Of a DNA stretch of 64,000 nt, positions 1-8,700 are shown piece after piece. A model generated the notes under the pieces. It did not search any database and was not told where the DNA came from. It saw only the letters and a program-made list of their open reading frames with translations. Position 1 is the first letter of the stretch; every line of letters begins with the position of its first letter. Made by a program: the position numbers and the translations under genes. The stretch is from Schmidtea nova. Lineage: Eukaryota. The DNA lies in assembly GCA_044892505.1 (NCBI GenBank), contig CM097884.1, forward strand, positions 2,108,001 to 2,172,000, written 5' to 3'.

Positions 1-1326
1 TTGATCTTTCCATTTAGAACTAGGGAAATCAAAACAAGTTCTTTGACTGATTCAAGTAAAAATTCAAAAATCAATGTAAATAATACGAGTATCTTGAGAA
101 GTCAGTTTAGAAAAATATTGAACTTGCCACATTACTCTGAAATTAGCTATTTCTATAATTCTACTGAAAATGGCGGTGCAGGTTGCATAGACTTACTTGA
201 CGAATATCATACACAGACGATTGTTTACTTTTTCCGTCTCCTAACATCAACGTGCGAATATTCGAAAAAGATAAATACTGACTCGTTGTTATTTGTCACA
301 AGACCTAGACTTGGAATCAAAGATCCAGTTCTTAAACAAAGTTTAGAATGGATAAATGGAAAGGATAGTAAGAAAAATCACAGCGGTTGCAAAACCCGAT
401 TTTATCGACTGCGATCATCTATTGCTTACTTTGCAAAAGTCCACAACATTAAACTGTTATTCGAAACAGTCAAAAATAATCCTTCGATTCGAATAACCAC
501 TACACTTACAGGAACACGCATATTATTACCGACATTAAGAAAAGCACTGTCAATGATTCTTCATTCAGCTCTTCAAGACTCATATCTTGAAAAATGGGAA
601 AAAAGCAATCACAATAATCTGCTTATATCTGCGATTAAACTTTGTCCACTTGTTAACAAACTTATTTTCCGCAGTGACTTGACTGAATTTGAATGGAGAT
701 TCGTCCATCGAGCTAGAACAAATACACTTTCGACATTTGCAAAACCACATAAAACCGGTGAAAATCGTCTTTGTCGTAGATGTAAGGTTGAAGACGAAAC
801 TATCCTACACGTTCTTCAAACCTGTAAAATGAACAAATCTCTAGCAACTAATCGACATAACGCTTGCTTAGAAAAAATAAAAAACGAGTTGAAAAATCCA
901 AACTTGTTAGTTGTTGCGGACCATAAATGTTCTCTTGTACCAACATCATCTGAGCGCGTTGATTTAATAATAACCAATAATGAGAAAAAGACGATATTAT
1001 TGGTAGACATGAAATGTCCAATTGATTCTTTGCCCAACTTTGACTTGGCTGATAAAATGAATATTGAAAAATATGAAAAACTGAGATCCGAAATTAAACT
1101 AGCCAAGCCCGATTATAAAGTTGAGTTGTTTACTTGCATCATAGGCTCTTTAGGTTCCATTGAAGTAAAGACTCCTGATCTTCTAGTTAAAATGGGCGTA
1201 AAAGAAAATAATGTTAAACGTCTGATGAAAGAGTGTGCAATAAGCAATATTGCGCACTCGGCCAAAATTTGGTTCTTTCACACCAATGGCTTTCTACCAG
1301 ATGATACAAGACAAACGTGTAAATAA
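1..1326 (+). CDS. E1 ORF2 C-terminal part: RT thumb region, CCHC zinc knuckle, restriction-like endonuclease
   Basis: CRRCKVEDETILHVLQTC (CCHC), RHN, RVD...LVDMKCP (PD-(D/E)xK-like), K..KY motifs. Confidence 0.93.
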   Translation: MIFPFRTREIKTSSLTDSSKNSKINVNNTSILRSQFRKILNLPHYSEISYFYNSTENGGAGCIDLLDEYHTQTIVYFFRLLTSTCEYSKKINTDSLLFVTRPRLGIKDPVLKQSLEWINGKDSKKNHSGCKTRFYRLRSSIAYFAKVHNIKLLFETVKNNPSIRITTTLTGTRILLPTLRKALSMILHSALQDSYLEKWEKSNHNNLLISAIKLCPLVNKLIFRSDLTEFEWRFVHRARTNTLSTFAKPHKTGENRLCRRCKVEDETILHVLQTCKMNKSLATNRHNACLEKIKNELKNPNLLVVADHKCSLVPTSSERVDLIITNNEKKTILLVDMKCPIDSLPNFDLADKMNIEKYEKLRSEIKLAKPDYKVELFTCIIGSLGSIEVKTPDLLVKMGVKENNVKRLMKECAISNIAHSAKIWFFHTNGFLPDDTRQTCK

Positions 1327-1697
1327 AATTTATAAACATACAAATAATTACTTTTTTTTCCTTTAAAACTGTAAATAAAAATTAAAGTAAATATTTTGTA
1401 AAGTAATTTTAAATAAAATTTTTTTTTTTTTTTTTCTCTAAATCTGATAAATTGTCTCTGAGAGTTGTTGGAGTAAGAGACCAAATTGTCTGCGATGCTT
1501 GTTATATAATTTAGACCTCTCAAATACTGAAGAAAGCAGTCGCAAAGCTGGATGACGAAATCCAAAGATACAGAAAAACTCCTGCAGATAGAACAATTAT
1601 ATATATATTTGTTATGTGATTGTTTGAGGACTAATCCATGTTGATTAGATCATCTGTACAAAAATATTCAAATTTGTTATATTTAATAAATGTTTTA
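1327..1697 (+). other. Element 3' UTR with poly-T tract, multi-stem structured region, TA microsatellite hairpin and AATAAA (same in all 8 copies)
   Basis: T17 at 1419-1435; complementary segments 1454-59/1476-81, 1459-64/1517-22, 1491-1500/1534-44, 1549-53/1560-64; AATAAA at 1685-1690. Confidence 0.8.
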
Positions 1698-1751
1698 TAT
1701 GATACTCGCTTAGGGTGCGAGTGGTCCCGGGTTCAAATCCCGGCTGAGCCC
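1698..1751 (+). pseudogene. trnP: 3' half (nt 19-72) of tRNA-Pro(AGG) interrupted by E1
   Basis: TATGATACTCGCTTAGGGTGCGAG...CTGAGCCC abuts the element 3' end. Confidence 0.95.
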
Positions 1752-2026
1752 TTTATTTTTTACAAAACGATACAAATTTCAAATTCGACTTTCGACGAAA
1801 TTATCATCGGTTATTTATCGAATGAATATCGGGAAAAAGAGAAAAGCGTAAAATTCAAAATATAAAGACAACAACATGAAGAATTGACGAGAATACAAGT
1901 TTAATCAAATACAAGGTTCGATTGAGTTTGTGATGAAAGAAAACGAAAATTGGGAAATGGGAATTAAGATTAAAAAAATCTATTACAACAAAAAGAGGAC
2001 ATTTGTTGAATTGAATAATTGAAAAA

Positions 2027-2034
2027 TCACGTGA
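2027..2034. promoter_or_regulatory. Palindromic E-box TCACGTGA about 70-77 bp upstream of each tRNA (present in every spacer)
   Basis: Perfect 8-bp palindrome in an AT-rich spacer; function not shown. Confidence 0.35.
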
Positions 2035-2103
2035 CAAAACATGAAATGGATGATGATTTATTGAAAATAATTAATACGGTCAACTTTTGATGAATTGACA
2101 TGA

Positions 2104-2175
2104 GGCTCAGTGGTCTAGGGGTATGATACTCGCTTAGGGTGCGAGTGGTCCCGGGTTCAAATCCCGGCTGAGCCC
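2104..2175 (+). tRNA. trnP: tRNA-Pro(AGG), intact
   Basis: Acceptor stem GGCTCAG/CTGAGCC, anticodon arm CTCGC-TTAGGGT-GCGAG, T arm CCGGG-TTCAAAT-CCCGG, A and B boxes. Confidence 0.97.
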
Positions 2176-2179
2176 TTTA

Positions 2180-2185
2180 TTTTTT
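2180..2185 (+). terminator. Pol III terminator (T6) after the tRNA; repeated after every tRNA 3' end
   Basis: TTTATTTTTT immediately downstream of the discriminator base. Confidence 0.85.
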
Positions 2186-2518
2186 ACAAAACGATACAAA
2201 TTTCAAATTCGACTTTCGACGAAATTATCATCGGTTATTTATCGAATGAATATCGGGAAAAAGAGAAAAGCGTAAAATTCAAAATATAATTTGAAGAATT
2301 GACGAGAATACAAGTTTAATCAAATACAAGGTTCGATTGAGTTTGTGATGAAAGAAAACGAAAATTGGGAAATGGGAATTAAGATTAAAAAAATCTATTA
2401 CAACAAAAAGAGGACATTTGTTGAATTGAATAATTGAAAAATCACGTGACAAAACATGAAATGGATGATGATTTATTGAAAATAATTAAGACGGTCAACT
2501 TTTGATGAATTCACATGA

Positions 2519-2590
2519 GGCTCAGTGGTCTAGGGGTATGATACTCGCTTAGGGTGCGAGTGGTCCCGGGTTCAAATCCCGGCTGAGCCC
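2519..2590 (+). tRNA. trnP: tRNA-Pro(AGG), intact
   Basis: Identical to 2104-2175. Confidence 0.97.
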
Positions 2591-2942
2591 TTTATTTTTT
2601 ACAAAACGATACAAATTTCAAATTCGACTTTCGACGAAATTATCATCGGTTATTTATCGAATGAATATCGGGAAAAAGAGAAAAGCGTAAAATTCAAAAT
2701 ATAAAGACAACAACATGAAGAATTGACGAGAATACAAGTTTAATCAAATACAAGGTTCGATTGAGTTTGTGATGAAAGAAAACGAAAATTGGGAAATGGG
2801 AATTAAGATTAAAAAAATCTATTACAACAAAAAGAGGACATTTGTTGAATTGAATAATTGAAAAATCACGTGACAAAACATGAAATGGATGATGATTTAT
2901 TGAAAATAATTAAGACGGTCAACTTTTGATGAATTGACATGA

Positions 2943-2963
2943 GGCTCAGTGGTCTAGGGGTAT
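2943..2963 (+). pseudogene. trnP: 5' half (nt 1-21) of tRNA-Pro interrupted by E2
   Basis: GGCTCAGTGGTCTAGGGGTAT followed by the element 5' end AATTTCGTAGG. Confidence 0.95.
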
Positions 2964-3043
2964 AATTTCGTAGGAAAAGAAAGACTGATTTTGAATTTAA
3001 AATTATAGATTACTGAATAATATAATTGCGAAAGATGAAAAAC

Positions 3044-5683
3044 ATGCCTCAATCACTTGCTGCTCTGTCAACTGCTGCTGATGTGTTGACTCAGTCTATT
3101 GAAAATCAGTCAACTGTGACGAAGCATTGTGCATTGGAAAACATTGTTAAATGTCAAATTTCCAACTTGCAATGTTTTCAGTCTTTTTTGGATAACTTTT
3201 TTCAATTGCATTGTGGAAATCGTTCTTCTGCATCAGTTCTTTCTGATGCTAATGCAAATCAACGGAGTTCTTCCTTCGATCAAGGATCAAAAAATTCTCA
3301 AGGACAATCTGAGAACATGCCAATTTCTTATCCTGATATAGAGAATAAATTTCCTAACTCAAAGGATTTATTGATTGTCAAGCGCCTGGATTCATTGGAG
3401 GCTCTATTTTTGAACATGGCTGAAAAGGTAGATTATTTGGTTTCTTGTTTTAATGGCTCTGTAGATAATTTATCAGATTTTCGTAAAATAAATGAAAATA
3501 TTTTAAATAATTATCTTTTTAATAAAAATAAAGTTCTTGATATAAAAGATAATATAAATGTAAATAATATATGTTCTAATAAATTAAATACTTTGGATTC
3601 TTCTGAAAATAATAGTGTAAATAAAACAAATATTTTATCAGATGTATATAATAATAAGATCCTTAATTCGAATAGTAAATTTTCTAATAATTCTCCTGAA
3701 GATAAATTTAAAAATGTAAATATTTCAAGAGATAATGCTTCAATTGATTTAAATAACGCGAAAATTATTCCAACTGAAAACCTAGAAATAATTATCAAAA
3801 ATAATAAAAAATCCGTTAAAATCATTGAACCTAGTAAAACAAATAAAAAGAAAATTGATAAATTTGAATTTAAAAGCCTGGTTCGTATTTTAACGAAAAG
3901 AGAACGCCAGCAAATCTTGAATGCTTTTCCTGCCTTGATTCAAATGATTAAAAAGAAGGAATCGCAAAATAAATATATTGAAATAAATAAATTTCTTTCT
4001 GGTAAAGAATGTAATGTTAATATCCTAAATGTAAATAATTTTGAATATTTCTTTTATAGGAATTTCAATATTTGTGTGTCCTTAAAATTGAATGAGGCTT
4101 CTGTAATTTCATCAGCACCGAAACCCGTTGTTTCAAAAACTATTAAATTAATTGACCATAATATCGTCAAAATAGATTCCGAAATCCCTGACTTTGTTCA
4201 AGCTCCAATGTCAATTCGAAAATTTCTATTCAATCTTTCGGATGATCTTTCAAACACTGTTTCCATCAAGGATGATAAACATAGGGGAAATAAAATAAAT
4301 AGCATTCTTACTTCGATGAAACAAAAACAACAACTGCCAGATTATTTAATAAAATCTAATATTAAATACGAAAATGGCGAGTTTTTATTATTAGATTTAA
4401 CTAACACAGATGTCAAATTGAAAGACGATAATAATTTATTAAAATCAAATTTTTCTGAACTTACTAGAAGTCAGATTAAAAATCTTTACAATTCATATCC
4501 TTCTCTTAAGGAAGTTTGTTTCGTTGAAAATCTAGAAACAAGATCCTCATCAGTTAGTAAAATGATTGACTCTTTAAAAATTAATAAAGAATTTCCAAAA
4601 AATATAATTTATAAAGAGGGTAAATTTTATCAATCTGATAAAAAACTAATTTCTCCCAGTAGTTCTCCTGACATAATGTTCAACCTTGGTCTGTTTGATT
4701 TGGCTAGTATGAGTAAAAAAGATAGTGAGTTAAAATTTATCTTAGAGAAGACTGGTTGTGACTTTAAAATAGTTGAAATAATATTCTACCTCAACTATTT
4801 GGGTTTGACTCGATCTTTGGATTTTAGCAAAAATCAAATTTATTCTGATTATGTAAGGAATTACATCTGTAATTGCGGCTTAATAAACTCACTCTGTAGT
4901 ATTGCTGATGTTGATTCACTTTCACCTGAGGATTTTGAGGGTTGGGCGACCGAAATTGTTCAGAAAATCCCAGTTTCTTCCTATTACTTCAATAGCTGTC
5001 ACGAAAAGCTTTTAAAGTTGAAACAATGGGACATTTCAACTAAAATCAAAAAAATCCATAACGTTATTTCACCTGAAATAATTTCTTATTTAAATAAATT
5101 TCTTGACTCTGTAGACGTAAAATTTCCAGCCAAATCTCAACAAAATAATATTTTAATTAAATTAATGAAAGCTATCAATGACATTAAAATTGTTGATGAC
5201 ATACACGGAAATAAAGCAAAACGACTTGTTTACTTTTTGCTGAGAGACGCCAAGATATATTTGAATAAAAATCAGCGATTTAGATTATTTGAATCGAGCA
5301 ATAAATATTGCACTTCAGAAATGGGACAAATAATTTCCGTAATAATTGAGAACCTCAACAATGTGAGTGACAATGAAATTATTACTCCTGCAAGCACAAT
5401 TGAAGAAAAGCTAATGGAAAAAATTTGTGATCCTGAACCTATTGTTTTGATTGAAGAAAAAAGTTGCTTAAGATGCAACAATATCATTGACAATTGCATT
5501 CTAGTTAGAGATGGAACAAACATCAACATCTGTGAAAGTTGCATATTTGATGCAATCTCTTCTGCGAAGCCGATTACCGAAGCTCCTCATTCAGATATAG
5601 AAGAAGATATAGAAATAATTAGCAAGAAATCTTGTCCAAAAACCAGGAAAACAGACAAGAAAACATCAACAAAAGCGAAATGA
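3044..5683 (+). CDS. E2 ORF1 (about 879 aa): coiled coil, Asn-rich linker, tandem repeats, C-terminal C4 zinc finger, basic tail
   Basis: Long open frame. The ATG of MPQS is the only start conserved in all copies (the upstream ATG at 3035 is lost in E7/E8; the track's TTG start is arbitrary). Confidence 0.85.
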   Translation: MPQSLAALSTAADVLTQSIENQSTVTKHCALENIVKCQISNLQCFQSFLDNFFQLHCGNRSSASVLSDANANQRSSSFDQGSKNSQGQSENMPISYPDIENKFPNSKDLLIVKRLDSLEALFLNMAEKVDYLVSCFNGSVDNLSDFRKINENILNNYLFNKNKVLDIKDNINVNNICSNKLNTLDSSENNSVNKTNILSDVYNNKILNSNSKFSNNSPEDKFKNVNISRDNASIDLNNAKIIPTENLEIIIKNNKKSVKIIEPSKTNKKKIDKFEFKSLVRILTKRERQQILNAFPALIQMIKKKESQNKYIEINKFLSGKECNVNILNVNNFEYFFYRNFNICVSLKLNEASVISSAPKPVVSKTIKLIDHNIVKIDSEIPDFVQAPMSIRKFLFNLSDDLSNTVSIKDDKHRGNKINSILTSMKQKQQLPDYLIKSNIKYENGEFLLLDLTNTDVKLKDDNNLLKSNFSELTRSQIKNLYNSYPSLKEVCFVENLETRSSSVSKMIDSLKINKEFPKNIIYKEGKFYQSDKKLISPSSSPDIMFNLGLFDLASMSKKDSELKFILEKTGCDFKIVEIIFYLNYLGLTRSLDFSKNQIYSDYVRNYICNCGLINSLCSIADVDSLSPEDFEGWATEIVQKIPVSSYYFNSCHEKLLKLKQWDISTKIKKIHNVISPEIISYLNKFLDSVDVKFPAKSQQNNILIKLMKAINDIKIVDDIHGNKAKRLVYFLLRDAKIYLNKNQRFRLFESSNKYCTSEMGQIISVIIENLNNVSDNEIITPASTIEEKLMEKICDPEPIVLIEEKSCLRCNNIIDNCILVRDGTNINICESCIFDAISSAKPITEAPHSDIEEDIEIISKKSCPKTRKTDKKTSTKAK

Positions 5684-5688
5684 AGATG

Positions 5689-5749
5689 TGTGCCTGCATC
5701 AGCTCAATCTTCTGCGAATCCCTCTAATGAGACTGATGCAGAAAGCACA
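5689..5749 (+). promoter_or_regulatory. Stem-loop directly 3' of the ORF1 TGA; candidate readthrough stimulator
   Basis: TGTGC/GCACA, CTGCATCAG/CTGATGCAG and CTCA/TGAG pairings; also at 14400, 23374, 31928, 40062, 50313, 58446. Confidence 0.7.
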
Positions 5750-8700
5750 TTAAAAAACAATCTTTCAAATATCGATGATCGTGATCCTGAAGTGTGGTTT
5801 TCTGATAATGATATTGATTGGTATCTAGAAAACCAAATTGACAATCCAAAGCATGGATACATTAAATGCTTTATAGTAAATATCATCTGTTCTAACATCA
5901 CAGAAGATATTGTTAAAATTCCACCTTCTATTACCAATGCTGAAATTGTGTTTTGTCCACTTAATATTAACAATTCGCACTGGATTCTTTTTGTTTATTG
6001 TAAGAAAATGCTGTCTTCTTACTTTATTGACTCAATCTTTGCGAACAAACAAAAGCCAATCAATAAACAAATGGCTCAAAGAATTAATCTAAAACTGAAT
6101 ACATTTTTCAATCTAAATGTATCAGTTTCCCGTCATCCACACAAACATCTTGAATATCAGAATAACAGCTTTGACTGTGGCCCATTTACGTGTGCTTATG
6201 CTGTGATTATCAGTAAAGATTTGAACAGCTTTCCAAATGGGTTCATAGAGAAAATTCGTACCAGTGTGCATGAAAATCAAAATCGTATGCAAATAACCGA
6301 ATCCACCTTATTCGCTGGTACTAACTCCAAGATGGACATGACCAAAATAAATATCAAGAAAGCTCTTGCAAAAAAGAAAGTTATCACCAACACCTCAGAT
6401 ATGACCAAAGTATTGAACACTCAAAAACCGTGTGTGTCATCAATAATTAGTAAATATTACGAAAGTAATTCTAAAATAACAGTCTTATCTGCTGAACTAA
6501 CTTTAAACCTAATTGCACAAAATACCTCCTTCATAGCTGATAATGTCACTTTCAAGCAGTTCAAAGGAATCGATCATGTTATAAGCATCATTCCTAAATT
6601 TAACGATTGGTGTCTCTTTGTCTATTCGAATAAACTTGACAGGAGCTACATGTTCGACTTCAATTATCGAAACATTGATGAAAGGCTAATTGAAATTGGT
6701 GAAAAGATAACTGAATATCTGAATCAATTCACTCTTGTTTCTAAAATAAAATTCACACCTCATCATAGAATTTCTCATCCAACATTTCATTCTTATGATG
6801 ATCAATATTTTGCAAGTTCTTTTATTGTATTTTTTGAGAAACTTGTCTTTGAAAGAATACTTGACAATGATAAGGTTTATGACTCATTAAGTGCTTTAAA
6901 ATATCAGTCTTGTAAAGATCTTTCTCCTAGCCTAAGTTTCATTAATGGTAAAATATCCGACAAAATTATTGAGGAATATTTTGCTAGCCTAAACTTATCG
7001 ACCAAATATATTCTTCTAAACACAACAATGTGTAGTGCGCTTTCAGATGATTGCACTGAATACTTGAAAGACTTTGTAAACATTGAGTGCATGATGAAGG
7101 CCACTGTTATCTTTGTAATCATTTCTCCTCCAAGAGCCAACGACTTGCTCATGGTTATTGATTACGACGCTGATGAGCACTATTTATTAAGCCCAGTCAC
7201 TAATGACTTGTTCGTTATGACTGAAGGATTCTGCTATAAATTACTAATTAAAATTAATGAGATTAGAGAGAGCACAGGACGTGCCTTGAAATCGCGTAAT
7301 TGTCGACATGACGTTAAAGGTTCTGGCTTATTTAGTAGGTTATTAATCTGTGCCTTTATTAAATATTATGCATTTGACCGATCTCTAGAAAATATCAACC
7401 TACATGAAATTGGCAAAATTATCTACTCACTTGTGCCATTAGTTGATAAAAATGATAATGCTGAGGAAGAAAGACGACTAAAATCAAAAGCTGTAAACTC
7501 TTTAAAACTAAATTTAAAACAGCGAATAGAAAAAGCGAATAATCTTATAATTTCACTTGAACACGCCAGTATTGATGAAATCATAAGTGGCATTCTTTCA
7601 AATATTCCTCGTCTTAAAGATTTGAACACCGAACACATTCGTACACCATATTTAGGTACTAAAATAGAAAAAGCTAGGAAATTCAAAAATTCCACTGAAT
7701 TTCTGTCAAACATGAAAAAGACTGTGTATAGGATTTTGGGTAACAACACAGAATCGATTGCACCTCCTTTCCAGGAAATTATTGACACTTTCAGTCATCC
7801 TGATACATTACCTAGAAATTGGGAAAACATCTTAAAATTTACAAAAACTTCTAAAACTAGTCTTGAATTAAATCCAATGACACCTAAAGAAATCCTGTCA
7901 AGTCTTGGCAAAGCTGACAACACTTCTCCAGGTCTTGATAATGTCTGTTATAAAGATCTTTTGCTATTAGACCCTGAATGCAAATTGTTAACTTTTCTTT
8001 ACAATAAAATCCTAAAATTAGATATTATTCCCACAAGTTGGAAATCATTTAAAACTATACTGATTCCAAAACCAGATAAAAATGGCCAATATCATAAAAT
8101 ATCTTCTTGGCGACCAATTGCTTTATTATCTGTGATTTACAAAGTTTTCGCTTCAGTTTTGGCCAATCGCCTTAGTTTGTGGATAAGAAATAATTCCATG
8201 TTACATATTGGCCAAAAGGGTGGTTCAGAATACGAAGGATGTATTGAACACAACTCTATCCTTTCTGCTATCGTCGAACACTCAAAATATAGCACATCAT
8301 CACCTTTAACGATAGCTTGGCTAGACATCAAAGATGCCTTTGGAAGTGTGCCACATGATTACATGTGGACACTATTAAAACACATAAATGTTAGTGATAG
8401 GTTTGTGAGCATTTTAAAACTGCTGTATACTGACACGAGCTCGTTCTATTGTTGCAATAAAATGCAGACACCAGACATTCCAATAAAGAAAGGTGTTAAA
8501 CAAGGTTGTCCGATCTCAATGATATTGTTTGCAATAGCTATTAACCCAGTACTTGACGCTATTAATTTGTCAAACGTCAATCCTTTTATGATAGGAACGT
8601 CTCCGGTACAGGTGTTGGCTTATGCGGATGATATCGCACTTATCGCGACTAATACCTCTGATCTTCAAAAACTCATAGACGTTGCTGTAAATACCGCCAA

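Larger units (their letters stand above)
1..1697 (+). mobile_element. E1: 3' portion of tRNA-Pro-specific RLE non-LTR retrotransposon (cut by window start)
   Basis: Matches the 3' end of E3; ends ...AATAAATGTTTTA immediately before the tRNA 3' half TATGATACTCGC. Confidence 0.95.
1698..2963 (+). repeat. tRNA-Pro tandem array segment (units of 424, 415 and 424 bp)
   Basis: Near-identical 352-bp (or 343-bp) spacer between tRNA copies. Confidence 0.97.

Noticed and set aside
1419-1462. Poly-T tract plus AG as a splice or trans-splice acceptor
   Set aside because: No downstream coding exon or upstream donor is evident, and the AG lies within the predicted RNA structure
1528-1564. Hammerhead ribozyme (CTGAAGA ... 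GAAA) in the 3' UTR
   Set aside because: Stem II does not follow the core directly, no adjacent stem I or III with a proper UH site could be built, the GAAA sits in the TGGAT/ATCCA hairpin, and the core is mutated in E2/E4 (CTGAAAA) and E7/E8 (GATA)
1638-1865. 75-aa ORF MLIRSSVQ... repeated 8 times
   Set aside because: It spans the element 3' UTR, the tRNA half and the spacer, so it is a junction artefact with no protein motifs
1855-2037. 60-aa minus-strand ORF MSRDFSII... in every spacer
   Set aside because: It is short and low-complexity, recurs only because the spacer repeats, and is broken in the 415-bp variant
2964-3043. HDV-like 5' ribozyme as in R2
   Set aside because: The 80-nt AT-rich UTR lacks the GC-rich nested double-pseudoknot pairings
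5681-5683. UGA as selenocysteine or a reassigned codon
   Set aside because: No SECIS-like AUGA/AA/GA helix was found by eye in the 3' UTR, there is only one TGA in about 2,400 codons, and Trp is encoded by TGG. SECISearch3 would settle it
5686-5727. ATG three nt after the ORF1 stop as the ORF2 start
   Set aside because: It is out of frame and gives a 13-codon ORF ending in TAA. It could still act as a regulatory mini-ORF
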